Source of the DNA: Candidatus Latescibacterota bacterium
GTDB taxonomy: Bacteria; Latescibacterota; UBA2968; GCA-2709665
Reading direction: 5' to 3'
Length of the DNA stretch: 64,000 nucleotides
Assembly (NCBI GenBank): GCA_965226795.1
Contig: CBDDDZ010000005.1
Location: 1,760,001-1,824,000, forward strand
In this document: one piece after another, positions 31,827 to 41,823 of the stretch
How the letters are laid out: each line of letters begins with the position of its first letter
Position numbering within the stretch: the first letter of the stretch is position 1
The notes under the pieces: model-generated
Seen by the model: the letters and a program-made list of their open reading frames with translations, nothing else
The model's database searches: none
What the model was told of the DNA's origin: nothing
Made by a program: the position numbers and the translations under genes

Positions 31827-33122
31827 ATGGTCAGATCCATGGGCGACAGAACACTATTTGACGCGTCGTACGAAAAACGCAAGAACCCGTTTCTGAAACA
31901 GGTGTTGGAGCGGCTGTACCCTATATATTCATCGGAAGAACGCGAAGTCATACGCATCGATTCCATCAGCAGGGTCCTGCTCTCGCGTCCCTCGGGGAGA
32001 GGCTTTGTCAACCGGGACATCCTCGAAACCGTTCTGGGTAACCTGCTCGAATGCGTGGCCCCCGGTTCACACAACGTACAGTCAGCCGGGCCGTCGGACA
32101 GCCTCGAAGATGAAATCGGAGAGATCGCCGACCAGATCTATGCGATGATCGTGCAGTCGTTCCTGGCCGCGGAAGGAGACGTTAAAGATATCGAAACCCC
32201 GGCCCTGGAAGCAACCTTTGCACTCCTAGCGGACCTGCCCCACCTCAAAAGCCGTGCGTTGTGGAACCGATTCGCATCGCTCAAGGATCCGGCGGTATGG
32301 GATGCGTATATCGTGGCCAAACACCGAACCCGCATGGACAGGCTGGCGGATCTGGACCACAGTCCGGTACTGAACAGCGCGATCGACGGCCGTGATTTCG
32401 GACCCTATCGTGAGTTCCTGAAGACCCAGAATCTGGACTTCGCATTCGATTATCTCATGCAGCTTGTCATCAGCACCTACCCCGGCTGGCGGGTGCTCTT
32501 CTATCACGATGTTGCCCACGCCCTAACGGTGTCAGGACCGGCGGAGGGTCTTCCTCATGTCGAACGAGTGCCGGTACCGCTTCTACCGCGCGCTATTTCG
32601 GAACTTGGCGGCCGGTATTACCAGGCCGACCTGCATCCTGAAACCGTGATCGGCGACGCAAACTTCCTGGATCATCCACACCGGGGCCTGACAACCGGCC
32701 AGACCGGTGTGATCGGCTCCGGTTGTTACATCTATCCATGCACGATGGGTGGCCTCAGCGGCAAAGTCAGGCATCGGCACCCTGAAATCGGGGATCACGT
32801 CCAGATAGGAACCGACGCCACCCTCCTGGGGCCCGTCAGAATCGGTAATCATTCCACCGTCGGTCCAAATACCCAGGTCTACGGCTTTGTGCAAACCGAC
32901 ACGGAGTGCCGAATCGCCTCGTCGGTTGTCGTCGGCACCGTCTTGAGCGGCGACAGGAGGCCGGGCAGAATCCATCTGGGCAAGGGGGTTCGCGTGGGCG
33001 ACGGGACAGTGATCGAAAACAGCACCGAACTCGACCTGATCATCCCCGACAAAGCGGAAATACCCGCGCGAAGTCACGTCATTAACGACGGCTTCGGCAA
33101 TCCGCGTTTCGTGCGGGAATAA
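31827..33122 (+). CDS. serine O-acetyltransferase-like (CysE/WcaB-like) left-handed beta-helix acyltransferase with a long N-terminal region (start uncertain)
   Basis: ADLHPETVIG..FLDH...TGQTGVIG...TMGG....RHPEIGD parallels the CysE core; extra hexapeptide coils at the C-terminus. Confidence 0.7.
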   Translation: MVRSMGDRTLFDASYEKRKNPFLKQVLERLYPIYSSEEREVIRIDSISRVLLSRPSGRGFVNRDILETVLGNLLECVAPGSHNVQSAGPSDSLEDEIGEIADQIYAMIVQSFLAAEGDVKDIETPALEATFALLADLPHLKSRALWNRFASLKDPAVWDAYIVAKHRTRMDRLADLDHSPVLNSAIDGRDFGPYREFLKTQNLDFAFDYLMQLVISTYPGWRVLFYHDVAHALTVSGPAEGLPHVERVPVPLLPRAISELGGRYYQADLHPETVIGDANFLDHPHRGLTTGQTGVIGSGCYIYPCTMGGLSGKVRHRHPEIGDHVQIGTDATLLGPVRIGNHSTVGPNTQVYGFVQTDTECRIASSVVVGTVLSGDRRPGRIHLGKGVRVGDGTVIENSTELDLIIPDKAEIPARSHVINDGFGNPRFVRE

Positions 33123-33301
33123 AAAAAGAGCGAGGCGTACTATTCATATGCTCCGCTTCTCAGGGTCTTCACGGCCGATTGATCCGACTCAGTGTCGCCT
33201 CGTCCTTTGGGCATCGGTTCCTAATCGCGCACGAATGTCCGAGGATCGGCCCATAACCACCGCGTCTGGAAACCGCGCGTAAGCCCATTGGTAATGCCTC
33301 G

Positions 33302-34135
33302 CTACCGCGGTGCTTCTTTGTGGAACTCGATATCGGCATACCATGCCGACGCCCTGCTGTTCGTATTGTCGGTATCCGTCATCAGATAGACCCGTAGTAT
33401 TTTTCCCGGTTCTTCCCCCGGGTATCCTCTCTTGTAGTCCTCGTAAAGATTCCGCACTTCCGGCACCCATTGCGTCATCCTGCCCGGCCCGCTTTCCACG
33501 ACAATTCGCCGCCACGACAGTTTCCAGACAAATGGGATTATTGTGGTCTCCGACTTGAACATAAGCGACTCCGGCAGTGTATTGGACCAGACGTAAGCGA
33601 TCTCCCGGATGTTGTTCGTGCCCTTCTCCAGGATCGCGATTCCCAATTTCGCGCTGAAGTCGTCGTCCTGTTTCTTCAAACTGCCGCCCTTATCCAGTCG
33701 CTGCCGACCGATCGTCGAATAATCCACCTTCCAACGCCACGTCATATACGGGTTTTCGGCCACGTCGATCAGTGTGTCAAACCCATGCTTCCTGATTATC
33801 TTTTCGAACTCTCTGGGCGGCCGCTTACATTGCGCGATCCACGGGTAACGTGCTGGATCCAGCGCCATCGGACGGCCTGATCGTGTCGGTATCTGCCAGA
33901 GCAGCGCGGCGGACCCTTCGCTGACGAAGCGCACCGTGTTGTTCGCGTACTGGAACTTCGTTTTCGTCTTGCATTCCGCCCAATCCCTCTGCAGCCATGA
34001 GCTCATGTCTACCCGCAGCCCCTCTCCTTCCGCCTGTGCAACTGCGAAGGCGACGCTGGCCGACCAGGTGAGCGCGAAGAAGGTAAACCAACAAACCCGC
34101 CGGACGTGCATCATGCCGATACTTACCCGCCTCAT
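33302..34135 (-). CDS. DUF3047 domain exported protein
   Basis: Signal-peptide-like N-terminus, WRWKV, DDFSAK, YVWS, IVVESG, RNLYEDY, MTDTDNT. Confidence 0.85.
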   Translation of the reverse strand: MRRVSIGMMHVRRVCWFTFFALTWSASVAFAVAQAEGEGLRVDMSSWLQRDWAECKTKTKFQYANNTVRFVSEGSAALLWQIPTRSGRPMALDPARYPWIAQCKRPPREFEKIIRKHGFDTLIDVAENPYMTWRWKVDYSTIGRQRLDKGGSLKKQDDDFSAKLGIAILEKGTNNIREIAYVWSNTLPESLMFKSETTIIPFVWKLSWRRIVVESGPGRMTQWVPEVRNLYEDYKRGYPGEEPGKILRVYLMTDTDNTNSRASAWYADIEFHKEAPR

Positions 34136-34138
34136 GAA

Positions 34139-35257
34139 TTAGTGCGACATTATCTTTCTATAGACCCCCAGAGTCTTTCGCGCGCAATCCTGCCAGGTGT
34201 AATGGGCGGCCCGACGCCGCCCCTTGACCACAAGGCGTTCCCGCAATGCCTCATCCTGTATCAGACGCGTCATTCCGCTGGCGATGGACGCGACCTCCAA
34301 CGGATTTACAAGTACGGCCGCATCGCCGGCGATTTCCGACAGAGAGGACGCATCCGAGGTCAAAACGGGACATCCGCTGGCCATCGCTTCAATCACAGGC
34401 AGCCCGAAACCCTCTGCAACAGATGGAAAAACGAAGAAAACAGCTTCCTTGAAGCACGCCCGTACTTCGCCATCGCTCAGTTGCTCGGTAAATAGGACGT
34501 TTCGAGTGATCCCGAGGTTCCGGGTGAGTTCTGCCAGCGTGGCGTATCCGTCGCCTCTTCCGCTGATCAGCAGGAACAGATCCGGACATTTTTTCGCGAC
34601 CATGCCGAATGCCTCGACTAAACGCCGGATATTCTTGTATGGCTTTGTATTGCCCAGGGAGAAGATGAATCGCCGTCCACGGCAGACTTCAGGAAGCGCT
34701 CCCGCAACGTTGTCTTCCCTGGATGACCCGTCACTTCCGTGATGAATTACCGTGAATTTCGAAGGCGACCCCGGATATCGCGCAAGTGCGTCCTGCCGTG
34801 TCGTTTCGGAAACCGCAATCACATGGTGGGCTTTCCTTACGGAATTCCCGATCCAAGGACCGGCGAAACGGCGTGCCATCCATCCGCGCCATCGCGCTTC
34901 GTAGGCGATATCGGGGGAATTTATCCAAATCAAATCATGCAGGGTGAGGACAATCCGCCCGGCGCGGACGCCGAGGGGAAGAAGATGAAAGAGACAATGG
35001 TATATGTCGGCCCGGAGAGGGTTCACGAACCTGGCCCCTCCGACAATGTTTCGGACGGTTGAAATTCCATATGGAACCGCGATATCCGTAAAATTGGGCT
35101 GTTCTACAAGCGGACGCGGATAGGCGGCCCGCCTCAACAGCAGGTAATCGTTGTGCCGATCCAGCCGGGCAATGGCCCGGACCAGGCTGAACGCATACCG
35201 ACCGACGCCGGTTTCGACGTCCCGGACCTCTCGCGCATCGATGCAGATTCTCACCAT
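34139..35257 (-). CDS. glycosyltransferase family 4
   Basis: ICIDAR...TGVGRY, TLHDL, KPYKN, FVFPSVAEGFGLPVIEAMASGCPV. Confidence 0.93.
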   Translation of the reverse strand: MVRICIDAREVRDVETGVGRYAFSLVRAIARLDRHNDYLLLRRAAYPRPLVEQPNFTDIAVPYGISTVRNIVGGARFVNPLRADIYHCLFHLLPLGVRAGRIVLTLHDLIWINSPDIAYEARWRGWMARRFAGPWIGNSVRKAHHVIAVSETTRQDALARYPGSPSKFTVIHHGSDGSSREDNVAGALPEVCRGRRFIFSLGNTKPYKNIRRLVEAFGMVAKKCPDLFLLISGRGDGYATLAELTRNLGITRNVLFTEQLSDGEVRACFKEAVFFVFPSVAEGFGLPVIEAMASGCPVLTSDASSLSEIAGDAAVLVNPLEVASIASGMTRLIQDEALRERLVVKGRRRAAHYTWQDCARKTLGVYRKIMSH

Positions 35258-35267
35258 GCCTCCTCTC

Positions 35268-36788
35268 TCACACGAAGATCCGTCTGATCCGGTTATAGAC
35301 CCGCAACCCGAACTGCCTTTCTTCATCTTCTATGCCAAGCAGACAGATAAACCCCCCAAAGCACAGAAAAGTCAGCAGGGCGTGGCCCAGAACATCCCAC
35401 AGGGGCGCGACCGAGTCAAATGGGCCACTCACCGTCAACAATAGAGCGGTCGCGCAGCCGGCAAGCAGTGGCTTGCAGAGTTTGATCGAAAACGCATGCA
35501 CTTTCAGCCGTCGAAATACCCACCACGAGGAGAGTGCCTGAGACAGAATTGCCGTGAATGCGGCACCGATCGCTGCTCCCATCGGGCCAAAACGGTGAGC
35601 CAGTATAAAAGTAGCAATCCCGCTGACCAGCAGCGTTACGACTCTAACGCCCATGAGGGCGTCGGGATGCCCGGTCATTACCAGAACATAGCCCGACAAA
35701 CCCAACAGAGCAGACGCGGCAGCGCCAAGCAACAGAATCATCAACCAGGGATATCCCTCCGAGAACTCCGACCCGACGAATGCGGCGATCTGGCTCCCCT
35801 TGAAAGCGAAAACGAGCAGAATGGGAACGGTGACCAGCGTAACCCATCGAGTCACCAGTTTGAAGAAATCATCCAGACGCGAGATCTCTCCACGGGCGTG
35901 GTATTCCGCAAAGAAAGGGTTCGCAATTGGATCGAATGCGCCGGAGACAGCGCGCACGATCCCGGCCAGCTGGATCATCACGCCATATACGGCGATGGTC
36001 TCCGGCTCGATGAATGATCCGACAATGACGACGTCCAATCGTCCGTTGAGTTCCGCGATCAGATCGATCAGAAACATCGAAAACGAAAAACGAAAGAGTT
36101 TTCGCTCAAATCCGACCCCCCTTTTGGACCACATTCGCCATGGAAAGAACCTGGGAACCGGTATGATGGAACAAAAAAACACGATGGCCATGGAGACCAG
36201 ATATGCCCCGCAGATCCCCGTCAGGTCCATTCCTAGATAGTAGAACAGGATCGCAAAGCCGATCAACAACGCGGGCTCGGTAAGTCCTCTTACGTACAGC
36301 TGATATTCCATAACCTTGTGCGCGATTGGAATCTGCAGCAGCAACCCGCCCATGGTCTGGAAGAAGACGACGAATGCCATCCATCGCAGTGCTATTTCCA
36401 CCCGCTCTCGACCGATTAACCCCCCGAGCGCATCGGCGAAGAGAAAACAGCCCAGGCTGACGCCGAGGCTCAAAACGCCTCCCGCAAAAAGGGCTGTTCT
36501 GACGCTCCCCAGGGCCCGCTGTTTCTCGCCCCGGGACTGATGGAAGGCCAGGTGCCGGAGCAATGCCTTGTCGAGACCGAAAAACGCAAACCGGGAAAAC
36601 AGATTCACCCAGGTCCAGGCGAGATAATAGAGACCGTAGGAAGCAGGAGAATACAGACGTGCGGCAATGAGATAGAATCCCGGGCGACCCAGCTTCGAAA
36701 AAAGGGCCAGGAGATTGACACCCACGCCGCGGGAGAGTGTCGCAAGATCCAGCGCTTCGCGCCTCTCTTGCTCGTTGTTTTCAGCCAT
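35268..36788 (-). CDS. Wzx-type polysaccharide flippase
   Basis: 506 aa, about 14 hydrophobic segments, ARLYSPASYGLY, GPMGAAIG; located between glycosyltransferases. Confidence 0.85.
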   Translation of the reverse strand: MAENNEQERREALDLATLSRGVGVNLLALFSKLGRPGFYLIAARLYSPASYGLYYLAWTWVNLFSRFAFFGLDKALLRHLAFHQSRGEKQRALGSVRTALFAGGVLSLGVSLGCFLFADALGGLIGRERVEIALRWMAFVVFFQTMGGLLLQIPIAHKVMEYQLYVRGLTEPALLIGFAILFYYLGMDLTGICGAYLVSMAIVFFCSIIPVPRFFPWRMWSKRGVGFERKLFRFSFSMFLIDLIAELNGRLDVVIVGSFIEPETIAVYGVMIQLAGIVRAVSGAFDPIANPFFAEYHARGEISRLDDFFKLVTRWVTLVTVPILLVFAFKGSQIAAFVGSEFSEGYPWLMILLLGAAASALLGLSGYVLVMTGHPDALMGVRVVTLLVSGIATFILAHRFGPMGAAIGAAFTAILSQALSSWWVFRRLKVHAFSIKLCKPLLAGCATALLLTVSGPFDSVAPLWDVLGHALLTFLCFGGFICLLGIEDEERQFGLRVYNRIRRIFV

Positions 36789-36794
36789 TCAGCC

Positions 36795-37700
36795 TCAAAT
36801 CCCGGCCCCGTTTCTGCGGGTTTGCCGGTAGAGACCCATACCGGTCCGTATACCTTGCGCCAGCGCCCTCAGTTTCGGCGGCATTGTCCACCAGAAACCG
36901 AACGTGCTGAAATGGCCGCGCAAAATAAAAAAACGCACAAACAGATTGAGGATAAAGTACGGCAGCATCCGTTTGTCAAAGTGTTTCAACCAGAAATACA
37001 GCTCATTGGAATAGGTCCCCGGATCGGCCGCCTGATCCGTTACCCGGCAGCCTCCGGACGGCGCTGCGTGGTGAAAAACCGCGGCTCCCGGCTCGAAAAC
37101 CATTCGACCGGTCCCGGTTTCGAGATATCGGAGACAGAAATCCGTATCCTCCCGAAGCGCGCTTCCCACGAACTGTTCGTCAAAACCGCCGCAGCGCAGC
37201 GCCTGCTCGCGGAGGAATGAGAAATTCCCTCCCGGACCGTGCGAGACATTCCGGCGCCAGCTTGCATGGAAGTTCGAGATCACACGACCATACCACGTCA
37301 CCGAACCACAGCGCGTCGGTTCGGGGCGGCAAAGGCTTTGCGCATTCAGGATTCCACCGGCCACGGCGCTGACCTCCTCCGCGTCATAGTTGCGCAAATG
37401 CCTCCAGATGAAATCGCCAGGCAGATCAACATCGTCGTCCAGGTAGAGAATGACCTCCCCCCGGGCCTTTTTCATGCCCAGATTTCGTGCGCGCGTCAGA
37501 CCGACCGTATCCGTTCGTTCGTACAGGATGCGTTCGCGGATGGACGTCAGATACGCACGGACTTCCGGAGGGTGCTCCGTGGCCTGGTCAATCACAATCA
37601 CCTCGAACGACGGATACGTCTGCCGCAATGCCTGCTCCAGTGTTCTGCGCAGGAAGACCGAGCGGTTGTAGGTTGGGATAATGACCGATACGTGTTTCAT
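36795..37700 (-). CDS. glycosyltransferase family 2
   Basis: VSVIIPTYNR, ARNLG, YLDDD (DxD), GGFDEQF, EDTDF; probable start MKHVSV. Confidence 0.93.
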   Translation of the reverse strand: MKHVSVIIPTYNRSVFLRRTLEQALRQTYPSFEVIVIDQATEHPPEVRAYLTSIRERILYERTDTVGLTRARNLGMKKARGEVILYLDDDVDLPGDFIWRHLRNYDAEEVSAVAGGILNAQSLCRPEPTRCGSVTWYGRVISNFHASWRRNVSHGPGGNFSFLREQALRCGGFDEQFVGSALREDTDFCLRYLETGTGRMVFEPGAAVFHHAAPSGGCRVTDQAADPGTYSNELYFWLKHFDKRMLPYFILNLFVRFFILRGHFSTFGFWWTMPPKLRALAQGIRTGMGLYRQTRRNGAGI

Positions 37701-37964
37701 GTCGGAAGCAGTCAGATCGCGGCATCCCGCCTTCCAAGACAGCGTCGGCCGGATATCGTCGGAAAAGAGGTTGTAATCGACTAGTGCATTCGGGCAATAC
37801 CTGTGCGGGTCGACATATCCGCCAGACCATAGACTGAGGCGCCCGTTATGCAAAACCTGGACAATCGTCGTCGGACCTGTACCGGGAGGCGGGTGTGCCG
37901 CGGAAAACACCTCGCCTATCCCGCAGTCTGCAGGCGTGACGAGGCCAAAAATCCGGACAGTATT

Positions 37965-39023
37965 CTAACTGCCACCCAGCACGGGAAGTTCCACAGATGG
38001 CGCATCCGAAGCACAGAACGAAATAACGCGATCGTGCAGCGAGGGGCCGTTCAACTCTCTGTAGTACGCGAACAGGTACTCGTTCATGTAACCGGCGTTC
38101 CTGCCCCCACGCTCCTCCGCCCACGCACAAACCTTTCTGTCCGAACCCTGCACATTGTACCACTCCCGGGCCAATTTCAATACCCACGTATCCACAGGCA
38201 CGGCATCAAGCCGTTCCAGCGCGAACAGGTCTATACACTTGCCCACCTTCAGACCGACGCCGGTTCCGGCCCGTGTCTTCAAAGCATCCACGATATCCCG
38301 CCAGTCATCCAGAGACAACCGCGCCGGATCAGCTCCCACTCGATCGGAAACAATCCGGGCCGTTGCAACCACGCGTTCCGACCGCCACCCGAAACGGTTA
38401 AGCCTGAAATACGGACCGTTCAACCGGGCCAGTGCGTCGGGTACGGGAAACGTACAGTATCTTCTTCCCATAAACTCAACCTGGCGGCCCCACGTTTCAG
38501 CCAGGAAATTTACCCGCCGCTTGGTCAGATTCATATGCGCCTGCACCGACAGCACATACGAAATCACACACTCGAAAGGCATCTGCCGGACAAACCGAAA
38601 TCCCTTCAGCAGATCCCTTGCGCGGCGCAGGTATCTGTCTCCGCGCGGGACCCGAATTCGGGGCCTCTCGTTCAATCTCAGGTACCAGGCGAGAAATTCA
38701 GCAACGGACATCTCGCCCTGGTAGGTAGCGACGCTCGATGCCCCCGCACGGTATTGCAGCGCGTCGCCAACCTGACGCAGATGGAAAACGGTTTCATAGG
38801 CAACGCCCTTCCACCAACCATCCACGTCGCGGCCCCACCGGAATACCTGTCCTCCGGCCAACGTGTACCCCAGGCTGAATTCACTGGTTTCAATCTGGCC
38901 GGTATCAGGTCGGCGGGTGGACGCACGAGTGTTCCGCTGAAACCCGATATCCCGCGCTGGTTCACCCGCCGGCGGCTCCGGCCGGCGGCACTTGATTGAC
39001 ATTTCACCCATTTCGCTTTCCAT
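37965..39023 (-). CDS. 8-oxoguanine DNA glycosylase, OGG1-like HhH-GPD family (start uncertain)
   Basis: TLAGGQVFRW OGG N-terminal motif, RQMPFECVISYVLS, GVGLKV..C...AVPVDTW with catalytic Lys and Asp positions. Confidence 0.85.
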   Translation of the reverse strand: MESEMGEMSIKCRRPEPPAGEPARDIGFQRNTRASTRRPDTGQIETSEFSLGYTLAGGQVFRWGRDVDGWWKGVAYETVFHLRQVGDALQYRAGASSVATYQGEMSVAEFLAWYLRLNERPRIRVPRGDRYLRRARDLLKGFRFVRQMPFECVISYVLSVQAHMNLTKRRVNFLAETWGRQVEFMGRRYCTFPVPDALARLNGPYFRLNRFGWRSERVVATARIVSDRVGADPARLSLDDWRDIVDALKTRAGTGVGLKVGKCIDLFALERLDAVPVDTWVLKLAREWYNVQGSDRKVCAWAEERGGRNAGYMNEYLFAYYRELNGPSLHDRVISFCASDAPSVELPVLGGS

Positions 39024-39313
39024 TATAGGTATTTTGACGGGATGCGGCAAGCTTCCAGTTTTCCCGACGAATTCTCAGGTGATCTTACCGCATTCCTGCT
39101 GAGAAGCAGCGAATCCGTACGACGCGTGATCGGGCCGACGGATTCTCCGTGAGACCGGTGCCCGCCCGGCCCGAGCGCCTGTCTGAGGGATGACAGGCCG
39201 CGCGAGAACGTGGAGGAGGCGCCGGCGAACAGCCGCCGCATTGACGCCAATTCAATCCCCTTGCACCGGACGTGTACATACTGAACCGAGGACGCTTCGC
39301 AGGTATATAGACC

Positions 39314-39360
39314 TTGACTTGGACGCGTTGCCCGGTTATGTTTGGCAAGCAATTACTTGC
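39314..39360 (+). promoter_or_regulatory. candidate sigma70 promoter plus palindromic operator upstream of ABC exporter 3
   Basis: TTGACT-17 nt-TATGTT, then GCAAGCAATTACTTGC (14/16 palindromic) at 39345-39360. Confidence 0.5.
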
Positions 39361-39411
39361 AGTTGCCTCAGCGCTTGCCAAAGCGCTTGTTATGTGCGAA
39401 CAGGATGCCGC

Positions 39412-41781
39412 GTGGACGCCCCAAACAACCTCTTCTCGGAAACTCCAATCCGCGAGGAAATCCCCGAAGACATTCTCGCCGCCACGCATAACGTTCTTGC
39501 GTCCGACGAGGAGATTCTTCTGTCCGTCTCAACCGATCTCCGGTTCGATGGTGTTTATGGGCCGGCGTGGCTGGTGGCGACCGGTCGGAAACTGATCGGT
39601 ATCAGCCCGACTGAAAACGGGCTTCCTGAGATCCTCAGTATTCGCCTCGCGGAGATTACCCGCGTGGAGGTGCTTGAACTGTTCGGCAGCGGTGTGCTCA
39701 AAATACGGACCTCGAAAAACGGTGCTTCGCTGGCCTTTTTCACCAAGACGCTGCTTCCCAAGTTCTCGAAAGTTCCCCCTCAAATTGAACGCCTCGTCAG
39801 ACACTGCAAACCCGTACCGGCCGATACGCGAATCGCAAGATCGAGTGTAGACGGATTTGGCGCCCGAAAGCGGCGATGTGAACGGTGCCAGCAGGTGATC
39901 CCACACTGGATGGGTGTCTGTCCGATGTGCCTTGATTCCCGCAAACTGTTCTTCCGCCTCCTGGGTTACGCGAAGCCCTATTGGCAAATAGGGGTCGTCA
40001 GCCTCATCCTTCTTTTGACCGCCACGTTTATCGGCCTGACGCCGCCTCTGCTGATGCGCTCCCTCATCGATGACGTCCTGGTGGCCGACACGAGAGGATC
40101 GACAACGGGGGTGTCCTTAATTCCCGCCGAGCCGCGTTCTTCCGTTCCAAGGAGCCAGACGCCGGGTCCGGCGCCGCCCACGGGGCTCGATAAGCGTACG
40201 ATGCTCTCCGTGCTGGTGTTTCTCCTTTTGCTGGTCAACATATCACGCAACGGGCTCAGTGCCGTGCGCACGTATCTGCTCGCGAAACTCGGCCAACGAA
40301 TCACGTTCGATCTTCGCAAACAGGTCTATCGACATCTCCACTATCTCTCGCTCAGTTTCTACAACGAACGGGAAACCGGGCGCATCATGTCGAACATCAC
40401 CCAGGACGTCAACCGCCTCCAGGACTTCATCTCGGACGGCCTCCAGGAAATCATCCGGGACATCGCCACCATCATAATCATCTGTATTATTCTCTTTTCG
40501 CTGAACCCCGCTCTGGCGGCTTTCGTCCTGCTGCCCACCCCCCTGCTGATCCTGGTGACGCGTTACTTCGGACGAAGGCTGCATGACCTCTACCATAGTC
40601 TCTGGCGCCGGTGGGCGGATATCCACGCTCTGCTTGCAGATACGATCCCCGGGGTGCGCGTGGTTAAGGCCTTTGCCCAGGAAAAGCGAGAGGTAAACAA
40701 GTTCGAGAACAGGAGTTGGGGCCTGCTCTCAGGTGAAATCCGTGTGGCGAGAGTTCGAAGCACGTTTGCACCTATTATGACCTTCCTCACCTCTCTGGGC
40801 ACCCTCATCATCTGGTGGATGGGCGGCAACAAAGTTCTGAACGGCGGGTTGTCAATCGGCGAATTCGTAGCGTTCACGGGATACATGTGGCAATTCTACG
40901 GTCCCGTGGAAAGCCTGTGCCGTCTCAACCACCGTTTCCAGCGTGCAGCCACGTCGGCCGAACGTATTTTCGAAGTCCTCGATACACAGTCCGACGTTGC
41001 GGACCGGCCCGGGGCCAATGCCCTGCCGCGAATCTCAGGTTCCGTGGAATTCTCCGGGGTTACGTTCTCGTACGAGCCCGGTAAACCCATCCTCAAAGAT
41101 CTGACTTTCAGAGCGGAACCGGGGGAAATGATCGGCCTCGCCGGTCATAGCGGCGCAGGGAAAAGCACGCTTATCAACCTCATTTGCCGATTTTACGATG
41201 TACAGCAAGGCGTCATCCGCGTTGACGGCCGCGACATCAGGGAAGTCTCTCTCAAGTCCCTGAGGACGCAAATCGGCGTGGTCCTGCAGGATCCGTTTAT
41301 GTTCAACGGTTCCGTCGCGGAAAACATCGCCTACGGCAAACCCGACGCAACGCTGGACGAGATCGTCGCGGCTGCAAAAGCGGCAAATGCACACGATTTC
41401 ATATTGGATTTTCCCGAAGGCTACGACACGTCTGTGGGCGAACGAGGCCTGCGTGTCTCGGGCGGCGAACGCCAGCGCCTTTCCATCGCGCGGGCTATCT
41501 TGAGGAACCCCCGCATTCTGATCCTGGACGAAGCAACGGCCAGCGTGGACACGGAAACCGAAGCTCAGATCCAGGACGCTATCGCACGCCTGATTTCGGG
41601 CAGAACCACCTTTGCAATTGCCCATCGCCTGTCGACGCTCAAAAATGCCAACCGCCTGCTGATCCTTGACAAAGGCGAATTGGCCGAGATGGGCACGCAC
41701 GACGACCTTATCAAACGCGACGGGATCTTTGCCCGTCTCTGCCGCATGCAAAACGAAATGTCGCAATTGCGAGCCTGGTAG
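39412..41781 (+). CDS. fused ABC exporter with N-terminal extension and Zn ribbon (intact paralog; GTG start inferred)
   Basis: CERC-x10-CPMC, TM domain with GVRVVKAFAQE, GHSGAGKST, VSGGERQ, LILDEATASVD, IAHRLST. Confidence 0.93.
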   Translation: MDAPNNLFSETPIREEIPEDILAATHNVLASDEEILLSVSTDLRFDGVYGPAWLVATGRKLIGISPTENGLPEILSIRLAEITRVEVLELFGSGVLKIRTSKNGASLAFFTKTLLPKFSKVPPQIERLVRHCKPVPADTRIARSSVDGFGARKRRCERCQQVIPHWMGVCPMCLDSRKLFFRLLGYAKPYWQIGVVSLILLLTATFIGLTPPLLMRSLIDDVLVADTRGSTTGVSLIPAEPRSSVPRSQTPGPAPPTGLDKRTMLSVLVFLLLLVNISRNGLSAVRTYLLAKLGQRITFDLRKQVYRHLHYLSLSFYNERETGRIMSNITQDVNRLQDFISDGLQEIIRDIATIIIICIILFSLNPALAAFVLLPTPLLILVTRYFGRRLHDLYHSLWRRWADIHALLADTIPGVRVVKAFAQEKREVNKFENRSWGLLSGEIRVARVRSTFAPIMTFLTSLGTLIIWWMGGNKVLNGGLSIGEFVAFTGYMWQFYGPVESLCRLNHRFQRAATSAERIFEVLDTQSDVADRPGANALPRISGSVEFSGVTFSYEPGKPILKDLTFRAEPGEMIGLAGHSGAGKSTLINLICRFYDVQQGVIRVDGRDIREVSLKSLRTQIGVVLQDPFMFNGSVAENIAYGKPDATLDEIVAAAKAANAHDFILDFPEGYDTSVGERGLRVSGGERQRLSIARAILRNPRILILDEATASVDTETEAQIQDAIARLISGRTTFAIAHRLSTLKNANRLLILDKGELAEMGTHDDLIKRDGIFARLCRMQNEMSQLRAW

Positions 41782-41823
41782 GCGAATTGTCGCTCGGACG
41801 CATCCTGGAATCCTGGTTCTGCT

